This document shows positions 60,300 to 64,000 of a DNA stretch of 64,000 nt, piece by piece (position 1 is the first letter of the stretch; each line of letters opens with the position of its first letter). The position numbers and the translations under genes are program-made. The notes below the pieces were generated by a model. It was not told the origin of the DNA. It saw only the letters and a list, made by a program, of their open reading frames with translations, and made no database searches. The stretch comes from Haplodiscus bocki (Eukaryota): the NCBI GenBank assembly GCA_965655095.1, contig OZ296649.1, positions 103,974,001-104,038,000 of the forward strand, in the 5' to 3' direction.

Positions 60300-62520
60300 C
60301 ATTAGGCTGCCCCATGTTCAAGAAGTTTGATCAGTGAACAAGGCAAAACAAAACAAATACCTGCCACACTATTTCGGGTTTTCAAATTTGATTGTAAATG
60401 ATGTCTTTTGAGGTTACGCTATTTGCTGCCCGATGTTTGAGAAGTTTGCACACTAAACAACGTGAAAATGAACAAGTACCTGCCCCAGTCTCATTCAAAA
60501 ATTGATGTTTTTTTCAGGTTAGGGCGTTTTGCTGGAAGTTTGCACATTAACAAGTACCTGTCAGAGAGACCGTATTTGACCGTTTAGACTAGACAACTCT
60601 CTGAGCCTAATTGCTGTGGTAAACTCATTGAATAGTTTACGATTATCAATGCCCTCTAATCACAAAAAGTACAACAACGTCTGCAAATGATGGTAACTGG
60701 CATGAAGTTGAATGCACTAGTCCAAGTCTGGATGGTGGCAGTTATATCGCGTGGACGTCGGTAGCTACCCTGAAAAATCCCGAAGAATAAACTATCCAGG
60801 CCATTTCTCAGTAGCTTGTGCCGCTGAAGCATTTAGAAGTTGGCAAGCCATGCTTTTGAAAAATATTCGAACAGCGAAGTGGACTGTCGCGAGCAGTACG
60901 GACGCCATGCAAAAATTAGGATTTCTTAGGTGCCCGAAGAGGAAGCCGTACACCTACATGAAGAGGTGGAAGTTGCAGCGAAATTTGAAAATACCATATC
61001 TACAGTGGACATCAGCAAGACTCACCGGTTGCCAGCTCGGAAAACTGCCCCCACGCCTCTCATAGCTATGTTTGTTCCGTATCATGGCTTAAAAAGCGCT
61101 GAAATTGACAGATGGTTCGAAAGAGCTCAATATCTTTGAGAAAGATGAGATTTCGCCCTTGCGAGAGAAAATATTGCGAGCTAATGAAGGCAAACCTGGT
61201 ATTGAAGGAATAATATCGGACAATGGCAAAACATCATTCTTGACTAATAGTGGAAAGTTGATTGTTGACAACTTTTCTAAGTAACAAAAACGGGATCCTC
61301 TGCTAATCTCTACTGCTTGTGATAATATAAACGGGACTTTTGAATTTCCCTTCAAAAAATCAAAATGAAATACGTGACAATGGTAAAAAATATCAATGAA
61401 AACAACACCTGGCTTCTACATTCAGCCGTTAAACAGAAATTTTGTAGACTTAAGTTAGCTTGGTACTACATTTTGCAACGTGCGCTCTATTATATGTCTC
61501 AGCGAAACTTGGTTAAGGGATGCCACTCCACTGGAAATGTGACGTATCTCTAATCACAATAAAGTAGTATCCTTCTCTAGTGCCTCGCGCAACGACGGAG
61601 TTGCATTTTACGTTCGTAAGGGGAGCTCTCAATCAGTTTCTTTTGTTTTAAAAACCGACTATATACCTTTAAAAACTAGTTAAAAGGACGAAAGAGCTTG
61701 TATGTCAAAACAACTCAAGTGGAACGACTTACGAGTTCCCCTTTTATGGTGACAGACTGTCTGGGAAAATTTTTCATGCGGATTAACATCGCCAGACAGC
61801 GTGCCTGAGAAAATCAATCAAGCGGAGCCGAGTCCCCTGATAAGGCGACAGGTTGTCTGGAGAAATTAGTTTGAACAAATGACTGAAAAACAAAATAGTG
61901 TTAAAACTTGCATCAGGTCTCTGATAAAGAAAACACCTCCCATATATGGAAATCGTTGTAGCTTTGACCAAAAAAGGAAAGATTTTCCATATAAAGCAGG
62001 AATGAATCGGTTAAGCTTGTATAAAAGCAGCAACTTGCCATTCTGAAAATTGATTCTTCAAAAATCTTCCTCAACAGCAGCAACTCGCTTCTTCCAACTA
62101 CCAACGTACCCACCCACTGGTGAAATTTATCAACAATACCTTCCTGCGATCAGATTTCAGTGCTCAACCTTTGTCGAAATGGAATACCTTTTCCTATTAC
62201 AGGAAACGATGTCTGACTGTGGTTCCATGCAAATACGAAACAACAGAAAACATTAAAAGTTTTCTGGATCTACAACTGATCTTCCAAAGGTGAAACTAAT
62301 TTCCTGGAAGATATGGATACAGTAGTGCAAGAGTTGACTAAATTTGCAGACTTGTTTCATTCTACGTGACATGAACCTTGACATTCCAACAAATTCTCCA
62401 ATTACTAAGAACTATCTGAAAACCACAAAACAAAATGGTTTCTCCCTACTAACATTGAGTCCAAGGAGAGTTACGGAAAACTCATCGACCACAATTGATC
62501 ATGTGATACATTAAATGTGA
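60300..62520 (+). mobile_element. Decayed CR1/L2-type LINE 5' part (UTR repeats, ORF1, APE endonuclease), interrupted
   Basis: ACAA(A/G)TACCTG x3 in the putative UTR; ORF1-like DISKTHRL...PLIAMF; APE motifs NVRSI, CLSETW, DGVAFYV, RDMN, PRRV...TTIDHV. Confidence 0.72.
61670..62000 (+). promoter_or_regulatory. Orphan fragment of the Polinton divergent promoter inside the LINE endonuclease
   Basis: Colinear with ~280-630 (CAACTCAAGTGGAAC, GTGACAGACTGTCTG, CCCCTGATAAGG); perfect CArG boxes at 61740-61749, 61940-61949 and 61968-61977. Confidence 0.75.
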
Positions 62521-64000
62521 TCTCCACAAAAGCAAGATTCTCAAAAAATTGTCGCAGACTGAAGTGAACGGCCTCGAGTTCAGCTTGTCAGTAAATCTCG
62601 ACAACGATTAGTCAAGTGAGCGCTGGATGCGCCTCCATCCGATTGGAAGTCTTCGAAAACAAACGACACGAAACTTTCGACCTTTCAAACGGAAGTTGAG
62701 ATATTTCGAATTAGGCGTTCAAACAAGGCCATCCCGGCAACTCAACAGATAACGAAAAATCAAAAAGCACTGTTTGAACGCATTTCCATCAGTAGCTTCC
62801 AGGAAAGTCATTTCTGAAAAGAACAAATGGGAATTTTCTTCTTTCAATTTATTGATACATTCCCGCAAAATTACATATCATACTTTCCCACTGAATTCAA
62901 GCCAGCAATCAAGCAAGCGAGCGAAAACTTGCTTGCAGCTTGCAAATAACGTGCAATTTGACATTTGTTGCCAGTACAATGGAAGTACACACCGTATCTG
63001 TGTTCATGACACTTGGTATCGCAAATGTAACACAGAGCCAAAGCTTGGCTTCGCAAACATTAGCGACAAGACGCCGACTTCCAGTAGACAATCATTACAA
63101 AAATGCAAACTAAAGGCTTCATCAAAACTTGCGAACGTCAGCAAATCTTCAAAAATTAAATAGCTCTACATTGAAAACTAACAGCAATTACCCTGTCAGT
63201 GACAAAAACGTTCGATTTTGGTTGATCAACGGAACAAAACTGACATTCAAACTCCGAGAAAATATTACAGTATTTACGCAGCAAGTTGAAAATACTTCAA
63301 GCTTATAACACAAGTAGAAACAAGGTCAATTCTCAAACATCAGACAGCTCGCGGTAAAATGTCAAAATAGACCATCCCAGCAGCAGATCAGAAGCTTCAT
63401 GTAGCGAATAGTTCAATCAGCACTGGAGTGAACTAATCCGACCATTAGCAATTGCAAAAAATCTACACCTAATGAACGACGCAACTAAAAACATCGTTGA
63501 CTTTCAAACTAAAGTTCGGAAACTTTCGTCTAAAAAAGAAAAGTTGCTCCCATCTCTAAGAAGGATATCTGCGTGACAAGATTTCCAATACGCACTGGTC
63601 GGAGAGGCAATCTGACCATTAGCTTTCAAGAAATTTATTTCTGAAAAACTTTTCGTGTTTCGAATCTTCAATGAACTCCCGTGAAAATTGAAAAACAACT
63701 TCGCGCCGAATTCAAGCAAGAAAGTGATAAGTTCCGTGCAATTTGCTAGTAACCTACAAGTTGTTAATGGTCAACAAAAAGTAACCTCAAGTCTGTGCTA
63801 ATGACACTTGCTATCACAAAAGTGTCACGGCGGCAAAGATGTGCTTCACAAACACTCGCAATATTCAACTGGTTTCTAGTTCACAGTTATCAAAAGAAAT
63901 CCTGCGTAATGATTACAACAAAACTAGCAAAAGCTAGCAAATCAATACATCCAAGAAGTAACAAAAGATACCCTGTCAGTAAATAGGAATTTAAAATTAA

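Noticed and set aside
62520-64000. Continuation of LINE ORF2 or a PHD-like domain
   Set aside because: Too degenerate to support a call.

Overview
AT-rich, transposon-dense eukaryotic (metazoan-like) genomic DNA; no prokaryotic features. The first 33 kb holds two related endogenous Polinton/Maverick (adintovirus-like) viruses joined tail-to-tail. Copy A (1-14581) is young and lightly mutated; its pPolB starts at base 22 on the minus strand and runs out of the window. Copy B (14582-32950) is nearly full length but heavily decayed. Both carry the core module (packaging ATPase, RVE integrase, penton, basic core protein, major capsid, adenain protease) and the same accessory block: PC4-like proteins, a Cys-rich repeat protein, an acidic protein, an EGF-like growth factor, a PLA2-like protein and a DEDD exonuclease. 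The most striking observation is that copy A encodes an intact secreted EGF/TGF-alpha-type ligand and its first 5 kb contain 11 perfect CArG boxes (SRF sites), 10 of them clustered at three putative promoters. This suggests a virus-encoded EGF-to-SRF feed-forward circuit (inference). Copy A appears to have integrated about 35 bp inside the terminal repeat of copy B and carries a 1.19-kb chimeric capsid-region duplication. The rest of the window holds a decayed env-bearing Gypsy element with a TARG1-like macrodomain, fragments of CRE-, CR1/L2- and Penelope-like retroelements and Helentron-like repeats. It also holds three intronless Rab1-derived genes (two intact) that keep the RabF motifs but have lost the G1, G3, G4 and G5 nucleotide-binding consensus. 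All protein assignments come from motif recognition by eye, not from database searches, and pseudogene boundaries are approximate.
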